Positions 47,136 to 55,710 of a stretch of DNA of 64,000 nucleotides are shown here, piece by piece. The translations under genes and the position numbers were made by a program. The notes below the pieces were generated by a model. That model had not been told where the DNA came from. It did no database searches and was given only the letters and a program-made list of their open reading frames with translations. Location: contig DAOUFR010000058.1 in the NCBI GenBank assembly GCA_034429715.1, positions 7,811-71,810 on the forward strand. Reading direction: 5' to 3'. Every line of letters begins with the position of its first letter. Position 1 is the stretch's first letter. The stretch comes from Dehalococcoidia bacterium (GTDB lineage Bacteria > Chloroflexota > Dehalococcoidia > GIF9 > UBA5629).

Positions 47136-48695
47136 CTATATTATTCTGCTGTCCTTGCCCTTCCAGTATTTTTCCTTTACCAAACGGCGTAATATCTTGC
47201 CGGTGGGAGTCATGGGCAGCTCCGTAACGAAGTCCACGGTGCGCGGACGTTTATAGCCGGCCAGCTTTCCCTTGGTGAAATCGACGATCTCTTCCTGCGT
47301 AGCGCTCATGCCGTCCTTCAGCAGGACCACCGCCTTGACCGACTCGCCCCAGAATTCATCAGGCACGCCGACGATGGCCACCTCTCTGACCGAAGGATGT
47401 GCATAAATGACGTTCTCAACTTCGGTGGGGTAGATGTTCTCGCCGCCGGAAATGATCATGTCGTTTTTGCGGTCGACCAGGTACAGGTAATTCTCCTCGT
47501 CCACGTATCCCATATCACCCACAGCACACCAGTCGCCGCGGAAGGCGGCCCTGGTGGCCTCGGGATTCTTCAAGTAGCCTTTGAAGATATTGATGCCGCG
47601 TGTATATATCTCACCTATCTCGCCGGGCTTCATCTCATTGCCGTCGGGGTCCAGTATCTTGATCTGCTTGCCGAAAACGGCCTGCCCTACCGAATTCAAC
47701 TTCCTGAGCTGGTCCTCCGGCCGCAGAGCTGTCACCACACCCGTCTCGGTGGCGCCGTAGCCCTCGTATAGTCGGCCGTTTTTGAAGAAGGACAGTATCT
47801 CTTTTTTGGTCTTGGCTGAAATTGGGGCGGATGATGAGAGTAGCGTTGTCATGCTCGAGACGTCGTACTTATTGCGCACCTCCTCGGGCAGGGCCAGGAT
47901 AATGTTGTACATGGTCGGCACCATGCTGGAGATATTGACCTTATATTTATCGATCAGCTGAAGTATCTCCTCGCCGTTGAATCCGCGCAGGTGATATATA
48001 TGGATGGTCATACCGTTGAGGAACGAGGCCATCACGTTGTTGATGGAATTTGAGTGGAAGGTGGGCATGACGATCAGGTTAACCATATAGGAGGTAACGA
48101 ATTCGATATTCATGGCTATCGCTGTTTCAACGCCCGTTTTGTGCTGGGTGATGGCGCCCTTGGGGAAGCCGGTGGTGCCTGATGTATAACCTATGCATAA
48201 AATGTCCTCGGGATCGATTTTTACATCTGGCTCTGAGATGGGGCCGTCTTTTATCAGGTCCTGATAGAGGCCGCCTGCATCGCGGAATTTCTTACTCCCC
48301 ACCACCCAGTATTTATCCGCCGGTATCTGTTTTATGTCCTTCGCCGCTGTTTCCATGACCGGTATGAATTCTTCTCCCAGTATCATGGCGCAGGCATCGG
48401 AGTTGTCGATGACGTACTTGATCTCGGGCGCCTGGAAGCGCCAGTTGACCGGCACCATGATGATACCGGATTTGGCGCAGGCCATAATCAACTCGACGAA
48501 CTGATAGCAGTTCATGAGCAGTATCCCCAGCCTGTCGCCTTTTTTTAACCCGCTGGCCAATAGATTATTGGCAATGCGGTTTACGCGGCGGTTGAGCTCC
48601 TCGTATGTGAAAGAGGCATCATTGCCGACGATGGCATTGCGTTTGGGATACTTGTTGACACTATTGAGCAGAAGTTCGCCTACTACCAGGTTCAT
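47136..48695 (-). CDS. AMP-dependent acyl-CoA synthetase/ligase
   Basis: YTSGTTGFPKG and GEIYTRG...KGY are present. An AGGAGG RBS is present. Confidence 0.8.
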   Translation of the reverse strand: MNLVVGELLLNSVNKYPKRNAIVGNDASFTYEELNRRVNRIANNLLASGLKKGDRLGILLMNCYQFVELIMACAKSGIIMVPVNWRFQAPEIKYVIDNSDACAMILGEEFIPVMETAAKDIKQIPADKYWVVGSKKFRDAGGLYQDLIKDGPISEPDVKIDPEDILCIGYTSGTTGFPKGAITQHKTGVETAIAMNIEFVTSYMVNLIVMPTFHSNSINNVMASFLNGMTIHIYHLRGFNGEEILQLIDKYKVNISSMVPTMYNIILALPEEVRNKYDVSSMTTLLSSSAPISAKTKKEILSFFKNGRLYEGYGATETGVVTALRPEDQLRKLNSVGQAVFGKQIKILDPDGNEMKPGEIGEIYTRGINIFKGYLKNPEATRAAFRGDWCAVGDMGYVDEENYLYLVDRKNDMIISGGENIYPTEVENVIYAHPSVREVAIVGVPDEFWGESVKAVVLLKDGMSATQEEIVDFTKGKLAGYKRPRTVDFVTELPMTPTGKILRRLVKEKYWKGKDSRII

Positions 48696-48763
48696 GTTTG
48701 TAATCCTCCTGAATTAATTGAATTTAATGATCGTAATCTGATCTGGATTTCGCGACGCCGCTG

Positions 48764-49327
48764 TTATTGCGGCTTTTTACTATCAGACGATTCATCAAAA
48801 TTGGAGATTATTTTTATAGCGCTCTCCGTCCACTCCAGCAAAGCTTCATACTGTGCAAGGGTCCGGTCCACAACCAGCGTCCAGTAAAGCTTATCCAGCG
48901 GGTCCGCCGAGCCCCACAGGTCGCTATTAATGGCCGGTTTCACCATCGCCTTATATTTATCGACCTCAACCCTCAGTATTTTTGAGTATTTTTTTATGTC
49001 GTTCACAATATCCTTTCTGCTGACACGACTTCCATACCATAGCTTGGTCAGGAGAGTTTCACGGGGCACGACGAATTCAGGAGGCTCCTTAAGCCATTTT
49101 TTTAATTCTTCTGTGCCTTTGTCGGTTATAGTGAAAACGTTTTTGTTGGGCAGCTTCTCCTGGTCCACTCTTTCACATTCGACCAGTCCCTCCTCGGCCA
49201 GCAGGTTCAGTTTGCGATAAATCTGGCTGAGTGAAGGGCGCAGAGGCTCGAAAAACATTTTCGACAGATCGTACCCTGTTTTAGGACCGTAACTGAGGAA
49301 TCCCAGCAAGCCGTGTTTCAACGACAT
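48764..49327 (-). CDS. PadR-family transcriptional regulator
   Basis: The N-terminal winged HTH is LLGFLSYGPKTGYDLSKMF...LVE. Confidence 0.7.
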   Translation of the reverse strand: MSLKHGLLGFLSYGPKTGYDLSKMFFEPLRPSLSQIYRKLNLLAEEGLVECERVDQEKLPNKNVFTITDKGTEELKKWLKEPPEFVVPRETLLTKLWYGSRVSRKDIVNDIKKYSKILRVEVDKYKAMVKPAINSDLWGSADPLDKLYWTLVVDRTLAQYEALLEWTESAIKIISNFDESSDSKKPQ

Positions 49328-49376
49328 ATCAATAAGCTCCTATGATAGATATTCCTATGGGCAGTACTCGCTTAAG

Positions 49377-49402
49377 CATGTATAGACCCAGGTCAATACA
49401 TG
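49377..49402. promoter_or_regulatory. inverted repeat CATGTAT-N12-ATACATG upstream of padR (candidate PadR operator)
   Basis: The arms sit at 49377-49383 and 49396-49402, about 50-75 nt upstream of the padR start codon. Confidence 0.4.
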
Positions 49403-49510
49403 CCGCCAAATAAGATAACATATGCCTGAAATGCATGTCAAACCGGATTGTAATCACGAGGACGGGGAATCAGAGAAGTTGTAAATACGGCCGTTATAAT
49501 GAATGGAAGG

Positions 49511-50293
49511 CTATGAAATGGAGCGGTCTCTGGCGATCAGTGCCGCGCCCAGGGCAGCGATGATGCGGGGGTTCTGCGGCACCAGCACTTTGAGTTTCAG
49601 CTTTTCCTCGATGCTCCGGACCAGGCCGATATCGAGCGCGCCGCCTCCGATGACAGCCACCTCCGGCCGGATGTTGACGCCGCGTGTCAGGGCGCTGACC
49701 TTATCGGCGATAGAGCGGTGGATGCCGGCCACGATATCCTCAGGTTTATCGCCCTGCGCGATACGGGTGATGACCTCGGTCTCCAGGAATACCGTGCAGG
49801 ACGTGGAGAAGCTGGACGGTTGCGTGGATTTTAAAGAGAGAGGACCCAGGTCCTCGATGTTCAGTTGCAGTATGCGCGCCACCAGCTGCAGAAGGCGGGC
49901 GCTGCCTGTGGCACAAATCTCGGAGATATTGAAGTTGATGACCTGGCCGTTTTCATCGATATCGATGAGCTGGCTTCCCTGTCCGCCGATATCCACTATT
50001 GTGCGGGCGGAAGGGAAGACAAGGTTAACTCCCCGGGCGTTGCAGACGATGACTCCGTGATAGCTGTCGGCCTCAGCGTTGCGGCCGCCGGTGCCCGTTG
50101 AGCCGCTGGCTTTGATATCCTCGGGCTTAAGGCCCGCCCTGTTTATAACCTCTTCTTTGAGCGCGGTTGCGGTAGTGGCATAGTTGTTGCCCGAAGGTAC
50201 TACGGATGCGGCTTTGATATTCCGGCTGTCGTCTATAATGACGGCCTTGCCGCCGACGGATCCGATATCGATACCGAGATAATAGGCGCTCAT
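49511..50293 (-). CDS. BCR/HgdC-type ATPase subunit (BzdP/BcrD-like, BadF/BadG/BcrA/BcrD ATPase family)
   Basis: The N-terminal actin-like fold is YLGIDIGS, and the bridging-[4Fe-4S] Cys pair lies in VIVCNARG / SEICATGSARLL. It overlaps the upstream ATPase gene by 4 nt. Confidence 0.75.
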   Translation of the reverse strand: MSAYYLGIDIGSVGGKAVIIDDSRNIKAASVVPSGNNYATTATALKEEVINRAGLKPEDIKASGSTGTGGRNAEADSYHGVIVCNARGVNLVFPSARTIVDIGGQGSQLIDIDENGQVINFNISEICATGSARLLQLVARILQLNIEDLGPLSLKSTQPSSFSTSCTVFLETEVITRIAQGDKPEDIVAGIHRSIADKVSALTRGVNIRPEVAVIGGGALDIGLVRSIEEKLKLKVLVPQNPRIIAALGAALIARDRSIS

Positions 50294-51177
50294 TTAGTCT
50301 TCTCCCCGAAATCCACACGGGCCTCGGTGAGCTTCTTTTCACGATGCGCCTGGTATTCGCCGCGCTGCACCAGTTTGAAGGCCTCGTCGCGCGCCAGTAT
50401 GGCCGCTCCCAGCGAGCCGGTGATGAGCGGCTCCTCGGGAATTAGCACGGGCACGCCCAGCACGGTCTCCATGGCTTTGACCATGCCGGCGTTCTTGGCC
50501 ACACCACCGGTGAAGACCACGGGCACTTCCACTTTGAGCTGTCGAGCCAGCTTGACCACGCGCGTGGCTATGGCTATATAGACTCCCGCCAGTATATCAG
50601 GCAGGGGTTCCCCCGTTGACAGACGTGAGATGATCTCCTGCTGGGCGAAGATGGTGCAGAGGCTGTTGATCTTGACCGGAGTATCGGTTTGAAGGGATAT
50701 TTTGCCCATCTCGTTGAGGTCCAGCCCCAGGGTCTCGGCGGCCACCTCCAGGAACCTGCCTGTGCCGGCTGCGCATTTGTCGTTGGTCAGAAAATCTACA
50801 AGGCGTCCATTTTTGATTTTGAGCACCTTGGCGTCCTGTCCCCCGATATCAATGGCCGTCCTGACATCGGGAAAAAGCGCAGCCACACCTTTAGCGTGGC
50901 AGGTCAGCTCGGTGATCTGCTTGTCGGCAAAGGGCACATTGACGCGGCCGTAGCCGGTGGAGACGATATAAGCGATATCCGCAAGCGGCAGTCCGGCTTT
51001 ATGCAGGGTATCTTCCATGACCTTGTTGGCGCGCAGGCGGTGCTGGGCGCCGGTGGGGCCGACAACATAGGCCAGCATCTTGCCTTCGGCGTCCACTATT
51101 GTTGCCTTGGACATCGTGGAGCCGATATCGATGCCGGCGAAATAAAGGCGTGAGGTCAGATCATCGATGCCGGGCAC
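50290..51177 (-). CDS. BCR/HgdC-type ATPase subunit (BzdQ/BcrA-like), distinct from the adjacent ATPase
   Basis: FAGIDIGS, ELTCHAKG and NDKCAAGTGRFLE are present. It is only about 35% identical to the neighbouring ATPase. Confidence 0.75.
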   Translation of the reverse strand: MPGIDDLTSRLYFAGIDIGSTMSKATIVDAEGKMLAYVVGPTGAQHRLRANKVMEDTLHKAGLPLADIAYIVSTGYGRVNVPFADKQITELTCHAKGVAALFPDVRTAIDIGGQDAKVLKIKNGRLVDFLTNDKCAAGTGRFLEVAAETLGLDLNEMGKISLQTDTPVKINSLCTIFAQQEIISRLSTGEPLPDILAGVYIAIATRVVKLARQLKVEVPVVFTGGVAKNAGMVKAMETVLGVPVLIPEEPLITGSLGAAILARDEAFKLVQRGEYQAHREKKLTEARVDFGEKTK

Positions 51178-51186
51178 AGTGCTACC

Positions 51187-52359
51187 TTATCCCAGCGTCT
51201 CCAGGAATGCCTCAACCCTGGTTTTGATGGGCGCCAGCGATCGTTCGCTGTAATCGTGCTCGATATAGATACTGGGAATGCCCAGCGTATCGAGATAGTG
51301 CCGCAGGTTGGGTACCTCGTAGCCATGAGTGTCGCAGTATTTGACGCTCTGCAGAATTGCGCCGTTGACTTTCCAGTCGGTGACGGCCTTCTTGATATAG
51401 TTGAACCTGCTGTCCAGGTCCCTGTCGTAGTTGCGCTCGAGCTCATGGTGCTTGGTATCGCGATAGGTGCGCGGGCACTTGAGATCGACCAGGTAGCGCT
51501 GCGCCAGGGAGTGCAGATTATAAGGTGCTTTAACGTCTGCCCAGAACGCTCTGGTGCCGACGCAGGTGTCATCGACTACGACGCTGGCATCTGCGCTCTC
51601 TATGAGCTCATAAAGCGACGTATTGTCGAAAACCGGTCCCCATACCAGCAGGCGAGCCTTCTTTTTAGCAGGCTTTATTCTGCGTTCCCTGACCTCTTTG
51701 ATGACGTCTTCCAGGAGTTCGTTGCCTTCATCCACGGGCAGGCTGAAAAGAGCCACCAGTACTTCTATATTCTCCACGGATGTCAGAAGGGGCGGATCCG
51801 ACTTACGCAGATCGTAGAGCTCCCTCACCAGCTTGCGCTGTTTATTATGAAGCTCACAGGCTTTCTTCAGCTTGTCGTCGGTCAGCTTCTCCCCGGCCAG
51901 TTCTTCCAAGTGTCGTTTGAAGGAGTTGATCTGCCCTTCGAAGTAGTCGACGGCAGGTTCGTGGTCGGTATGGGGCACATCTATGAGATGGGAGAATGGT
52001 GCATCCTTGACATAATCACGCCAGGATATGACCAGGGTCATTCCGATATCGCAGGTATGCGCTCCTACGATGCCGTCCAGGAAGTTGAATTTGCCTTTGA
52101 GTCCCAGGTCGATAATGCTGCGCAGGAAGGGGCAGACCACCGTGGTGGATACCTGGTCGGCGGCGGTGATCGGCTCGCTCATATCGCCGAAGACGCGGAA
52201 GGGCACCATGCCCAGCGCGCTGATGACCTCGACAGGCGGGTAGAGGCAGATATAGCCGATGATCTTCTTGCCGGCCTTGCGCAGCTCGCGCACGCGCCGC
52301 CCCCTGTCCGCATAGATCTCATGTGCTCTTGAAAGACCCTTGGTTGTAGCTATTACCAT
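51187..52359 (-). CDS. BzdN/BcrC-like subunit (2-hydroxyacyl-CoA dehydratase/benzoyl-CoA reductase family)
   Basis: Cys motifs CPFLRS, HTCD, DDTCVG and YCDTHG are typical of the HgdB/BcrC family. A GGGAG RBS is present. Confidence 0.7.
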   Translation of the reverse strand: MVIATTKGLSRAHEIYADRGRRVRELRKAGKKIIGYICLYPPVEVISALGMVPFRVFGDMSEPITAADQVSTTVVCPFLRSIIDLGLKGKFNFLDGIVGAHTCDIGMTLVISWRDYVKDAPFSHLIDVPHTDHEPAVDYFEGQINSFKRHLEELAGEKLTDDKLKKACELHNKQRKLVRELYDLRKSDPPLLTSVENIEVLVALFSLPVDEGNELLEDVIKEVRERRIKPAKKKARLLVWGPVFDNTSLYELIESADASVVVDDTCVGTRAFWADVKAPYNLHSLAQRYLVDLKCPRTYRDTKHHELERNYDRDLDSRFNYIKKAVTDWKVNGAILQSVKYCDTHGYEVPNLRHYLDTLGIPSIYIEHDYSERSLAPIKTRVEAFLETLG

Positions 52360-52389
52360 CTCAATCTCCCGGTTTTTATTATTCTTGGC

Positions 52390-53751
52390 TTACCAGTCCA
52401 GTCCCTTGGATTTCCTGACCGTCCTGTAGTGGTTCATGGTCTGCTCGAAGGCCTCGGCCTTGGCCAGCACTTCCTGAGGATTGAAGACGCGTTTGTCGAT
52501 GATGTCGCCCTCCACCCACAGGCTGGGTATATCCAGCTTGTCCTGCTCGAAGTGCTGTATCGTCCTGAGGCTGCAGCTGGCTGCGCGGCAGGAGATAAGC
52601 GGATGCATGAAGAAGCCGTCGGCCTTAAAGCCACGGGCGATCTTGAGGTAGGTTTCGACCACGGGATTGGAGATGCCGTCCTTCTTTGCATCGGGGAAGA
52701 TGTTGAACCAGAAATTGCGCGAGAAGCGCGCCAGCTTCTCGCAGGGATCGCTGACCTTGCTCAGGTCGAGCGGCCTGGTGTTATGGTAGCCGAAGCTCTC
52801 GAAGACGAAATTCCAGCCTTTCTCGGCCAGATTGTCAAAGAACTTGAGGCTGTGCCAGGGCGGGAGCTCGGCGAAGATCAGCCGGTATCTTTCCGGGAAG
52901 TTGATGCCCGATTCCCTGTTCTTGACACGCTCCTGCACCTCGGCCAGCATATCCTGGTACAGCTTGAGCGATACCTTCATATCGCCTGCAAAAAAGAGGG
53001 CGGGCGGCATGCTGCTCCAGAAGTCCGTGCTGTGCATGGGCCCGGGTATGGCCTTGCGGGCCTCGCCGATCTGCCAGGTGGTCTCGTGTATTCTGGTAGC
53101 CAGGTCGATCAGCTCCTCCAGCTTGGCCCAGTCCATCTTTTTCTTCAGCAGCTTTTCCAGGAATTCTATAAAGTCCTTAATTTCCCTGGTGAGAAATTTA
53201 ACCTGATAATCTTCCAGGTCCGCTTCAGTGCCTTCGAAAGTGGCCATCATGGGCATCTCGAGGCACCATTCAGGCGCATCGAAATATCGGGCCAGCGCCT
53301 GGAACCATTTGAAGCGGGCGTCGCAGATAATGCCCGAACCGAGCAGCAGCGCCGGTTTGGCCATGCCGCCCAGCGGCGCATCGGGCGGTATCTTGCCGTT
53401 GTTTTCTTTCATCATGCGATAGGAGTAGCCGATGGTGCTCCTGCCGTATCCGCACATATGGGTGGGGAAGCCGTCGGAGTCCGACGCGTCCAGGAACGGC
53501 TCGGCTGCGCCCGAGGCCGCCAGAAGCGTGGCGTAGTTCTCGGGATAAACGATGTTAAGCCCCATGGCCTTGAGCGGGAGGTCGCCCTCCCAGTAATTGA
53601 GCATGGACCATACGGTCGGCTTGCCCTCGTTGCTGGCCTGCAGAGTGTTGACATAGTCCTGCTGTACCAGGTTGCGCAGCGGATACATGCTTTTCAGCCG
53701 GTTAATGGCTCTCTTCTTCTCGGTCTTGGCGGGAGTTGCGGTTTCACTCAT
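52390..53751 (-). CDS. BzdO/BcrB-like large subunit (2-hydroxyacyl-CoA dehydratase/benzoyl-CoA reductase family)
   Basis: HgdA/BcrB-like motifs are present (MCGYGRSTIGY, GSGIICDARF). It is the first gene of a four-gene O-N-Q-P operon. Confidence 0.7.
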   Translation of the reverse strand: MSETATPAKTEKKRAINRLKSMYPLRNLVQQDYVNTLQASNEGKPTVWSMLNYWEGDLPLKAMGLNIVYPENYATLLAASGAAEPFLDASDSDGFPTHMCGYGRSTIGYSYRMMKENNGKIPPDAPLGGMAKPALLLGSGIICDARFKWFQALARYFDAPEWCLEMPMMATFEGTEADLEDYQVKFLTREIKDFIEFLEKLLKKKMDWAKLEELIDLATRIHETTWQIGEARKAIPGPMHSTDFWSSMPPALFFAGDMKVSLKLYQDMLAEVQERVKNRESGINFPERYRLIFAELPPWHSLKFFDNLAEKGWNFVFESFGYHNTRPLDLSKVSDPCEKLARFSRNFWFNIFPDAKKDGISNPVVETYLKIARGFKADGFFMHPLISCRAASCSLRTIQHFEQDKLDIPSLWVEGDIIDKRVFNPQEVLAKAEAFEQTMNHYRTVRKSKGLDW

Positions 53752-53869
53752 TTTGCACCCCTTTATGATTAGATATAAGTAACAGCTTTAATACCAGAAT
53801 TAAATCTTAGAATATCGCTGGCCTTATTGCAAAGACATGCATGAAACATTCATTCATCGGTTCGACCTG

Positions 53870-55387
53870 TCACTTTATCTGGCCGTCGTTCAGCATCTTG
53901 ACCAGCTCTTTTTTCAGTATCTTTCCCATGGGGTTGCGCGGCACCTGTTGCAGTATATAGACGTGACGCGGCACCTTGAAGCGCGCCAGCTTGTCGCCTA
54001 AAAAGTCGGTGATATCCTTCTCGGTTAATGTCGTACCAGGCTTGGGCACCACGATGGCTACGGGTACCTCGCCCAGGCGGACGTCCCGCTGAGGCACCAG
54101 CGCGGCGTCGGCCACCGACGGATGTTTGTACATTATCTCTTCAACCTCGCGCGGGAATACCTTCTCGCCTCCGACGTTGATCAGCTCCTTCTTGCGGTCG
54201 ACCATGAAGAAGTAGCCGTCCTTATCGTAATACCCCATGTCTCCGGTATGCAGCCATCCCCCGCGCAGCGTCTCGGCAGTCTCTTTGGGCTTTTTATAAT
54301 AGCCTTTCATCACAATCGGGCCCTGGATGACCAACTCGCCCACCTCCCCTGCTGCCAGAAGCTTGCCCGATTCGTCCATGACGCCCACTTTCACGCCGGG
54401 ATAGGCCAACCCGACGCTGCCCTGTTTGTAGGCGAGGCCTGAGCGCTGCATGGTGGCCGAGGCCGAGCATTCGGTCAGTCCCCAGGCCTCGAGTATCACG
54501 ACGTTAAGTGCGGCAGAGGAGTCCTTCATGAGCTGCGCGGGCATGGCCGAAGCCCCGGAGATGCCTATTCGCAGTGAGGAGAGGTCGTACTTGCCGCGGT
54601 CCGGATGGTTGATCAACATGAAATACATGGCAACCACCATGGGCAGGAAGGTGACCTTGTGTTTCTCGATCTGTTCGAAGATCTCGACGGGATTAAAGGG
54701 GTCCAGCAGCACGAACGATGAGCCGGTGACCAGCGAACAGAGTATCACGGTGATACCGAAGCCGTGGAATGCCGGGACCACCATAAGCGCGCGGTCGTTG
54801 TCCCCCAGTTTGAGCAGGCTGACGATGATGTCGGCATGGAAAAACAGGTTGGCGTGCGTCAGCATGGTACCCTTGGGTTCGCCGGTGGTGCCCGATGTGT
54901 AGAGGATCTCGACCACGTCTTTTTCCTTACACAGGGCCTTAAAAGGAGTCGACGGCGCCTCCGCCTCGAGCTTTGAGAACTCCAGACCTTCCCGGTAGGC
55001 GCCGTTTACGATCAGGTGTTTGAAGAGGGGTGGTTTATTTGTGATTTTGCTGAAGTGCTCGGCAAAGGCCGGATTTGCCACCAGGGCGACCGAGTCGCTG
55101 TCCCGCAGCAGGTATTCCAGCTCCCGCTCCTTGTAAAAAATATTGACCGGCACGGCCACCGCTCCCAGGTAAGCACAGGCGAAATAGGTCACGATGAACT
55201 CGGGACAGTTATTGAGCATGATGGCGACTTTGTCATCAGGTTTGACGCCGAGCTTTTTGAGGGCATGTGCGAACTTTTGCGCCCTGGTCAGAAGCTGGCT
55301 GTAGGTTACAGGCTGGTCCTTGTAAATTAGTGCAGGTTTGTCTCCAATCTTGGAGGCCCTGGCCTCCAGCATACCGGGCAGATGCAT
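53870..55387 (-). CDS. AMP-dependent acyl-CoA synthetase/ligase
   Basis: YTSGTTGEPKG and GELVIQGP...KGY are present. A GAGGAGG RBS is present. Confidence 0.8.
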   Translation of the reverse strand: MHLPGMLEARASKIGDKPALIYKDQPVTYSQLLTRAQKFAHALKKLGVKPDDKVAIMLNNCPEFIVTYFACAYLGAVAVPVNIFYKERELEYLLRDSDSVALVANPAFAEHFSKITNKPPLFKHLIVNGAYREGLEFSKLEAEAPSTPFKALCKEKDVVEILYTSGTTGEPKGTMLTHANLFFHADIIVSLLKLGDNDRALMVVPAFHGFGITVILCSLVTGSSFVLLDPFNPVEIFEQIEKHKVTFLPMVVAMYFMLINHPDRGKYDLSSLRIGISGASAMPAQLMKDSSAALNVVILEAWGLTECSASATMQRSGLAYKQGSVGLAYPGVKVGVMDESGKLLAAGEVGELVIQGPIVMKGYYKKPKETAETLRGGWLHTGDMGYYDKDGYFFMVDRKKELINVGGEKVFPREVEEIMYKHPSVADAALVPQRDVRLGEVPVAIVVPKPGTTLTEKDITDFLGDKLARFKVPRHVYILQQVPRNPMGKILKKELVKMLNDGQIK

Positions 55388-55664
55388 TTTAACCTCCTCT
55401 ATGAGTTATCCGGACCTGATCAATATGGTGCTCTATGGAGGTACAGCCCCGCGAGGATCATAACAGGGCAGGCTGAGCCCGCATAAAATGGTAAAGCATC
55501 GCCTGTCGAAATGTAAAGAAGTATGTTTTTGTGTTTGAATGTTAACCACGCATCTCCCGCCGTCAGATACTTGACTATTGATATCCTTCTGTTAGAATAA
55601 GCGACTGTCAGTCAGTTATATCCAGCTTATTGCAGGGTGTTTTGCATAGCCTGGACTTGTCCTG

Positions 55665-55687
55665 GCATCGCAGTGAGAAGCTGCGAT
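55665..55687 (+). promoter_or_regulatory. 8-bp inverted repeat CATCGCAG-N7-CTGCGATG in the leader of the 55711 ligase gene
   Basis: It lies 24-46 nt upstream of the ATG. A candidate promoter TTGACT-16-TAGAAT sits at about 55575-55603. Confidence 0.35.
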
Positions 55688-55710
55688 GAATATCAGCAGG
55701 AGGTGCTGGG

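Noticed and set aside
53752-53869. TGAATGAATG-like sequence upstream of the reductase operon resembling the TCATTCA half-sites of the 6045-6065 TetR operator.
   Set aside because: It is only a single degenerate half-site without a dyad partner. The resemblance is probably coincidence in AT-rich promoter DNA.
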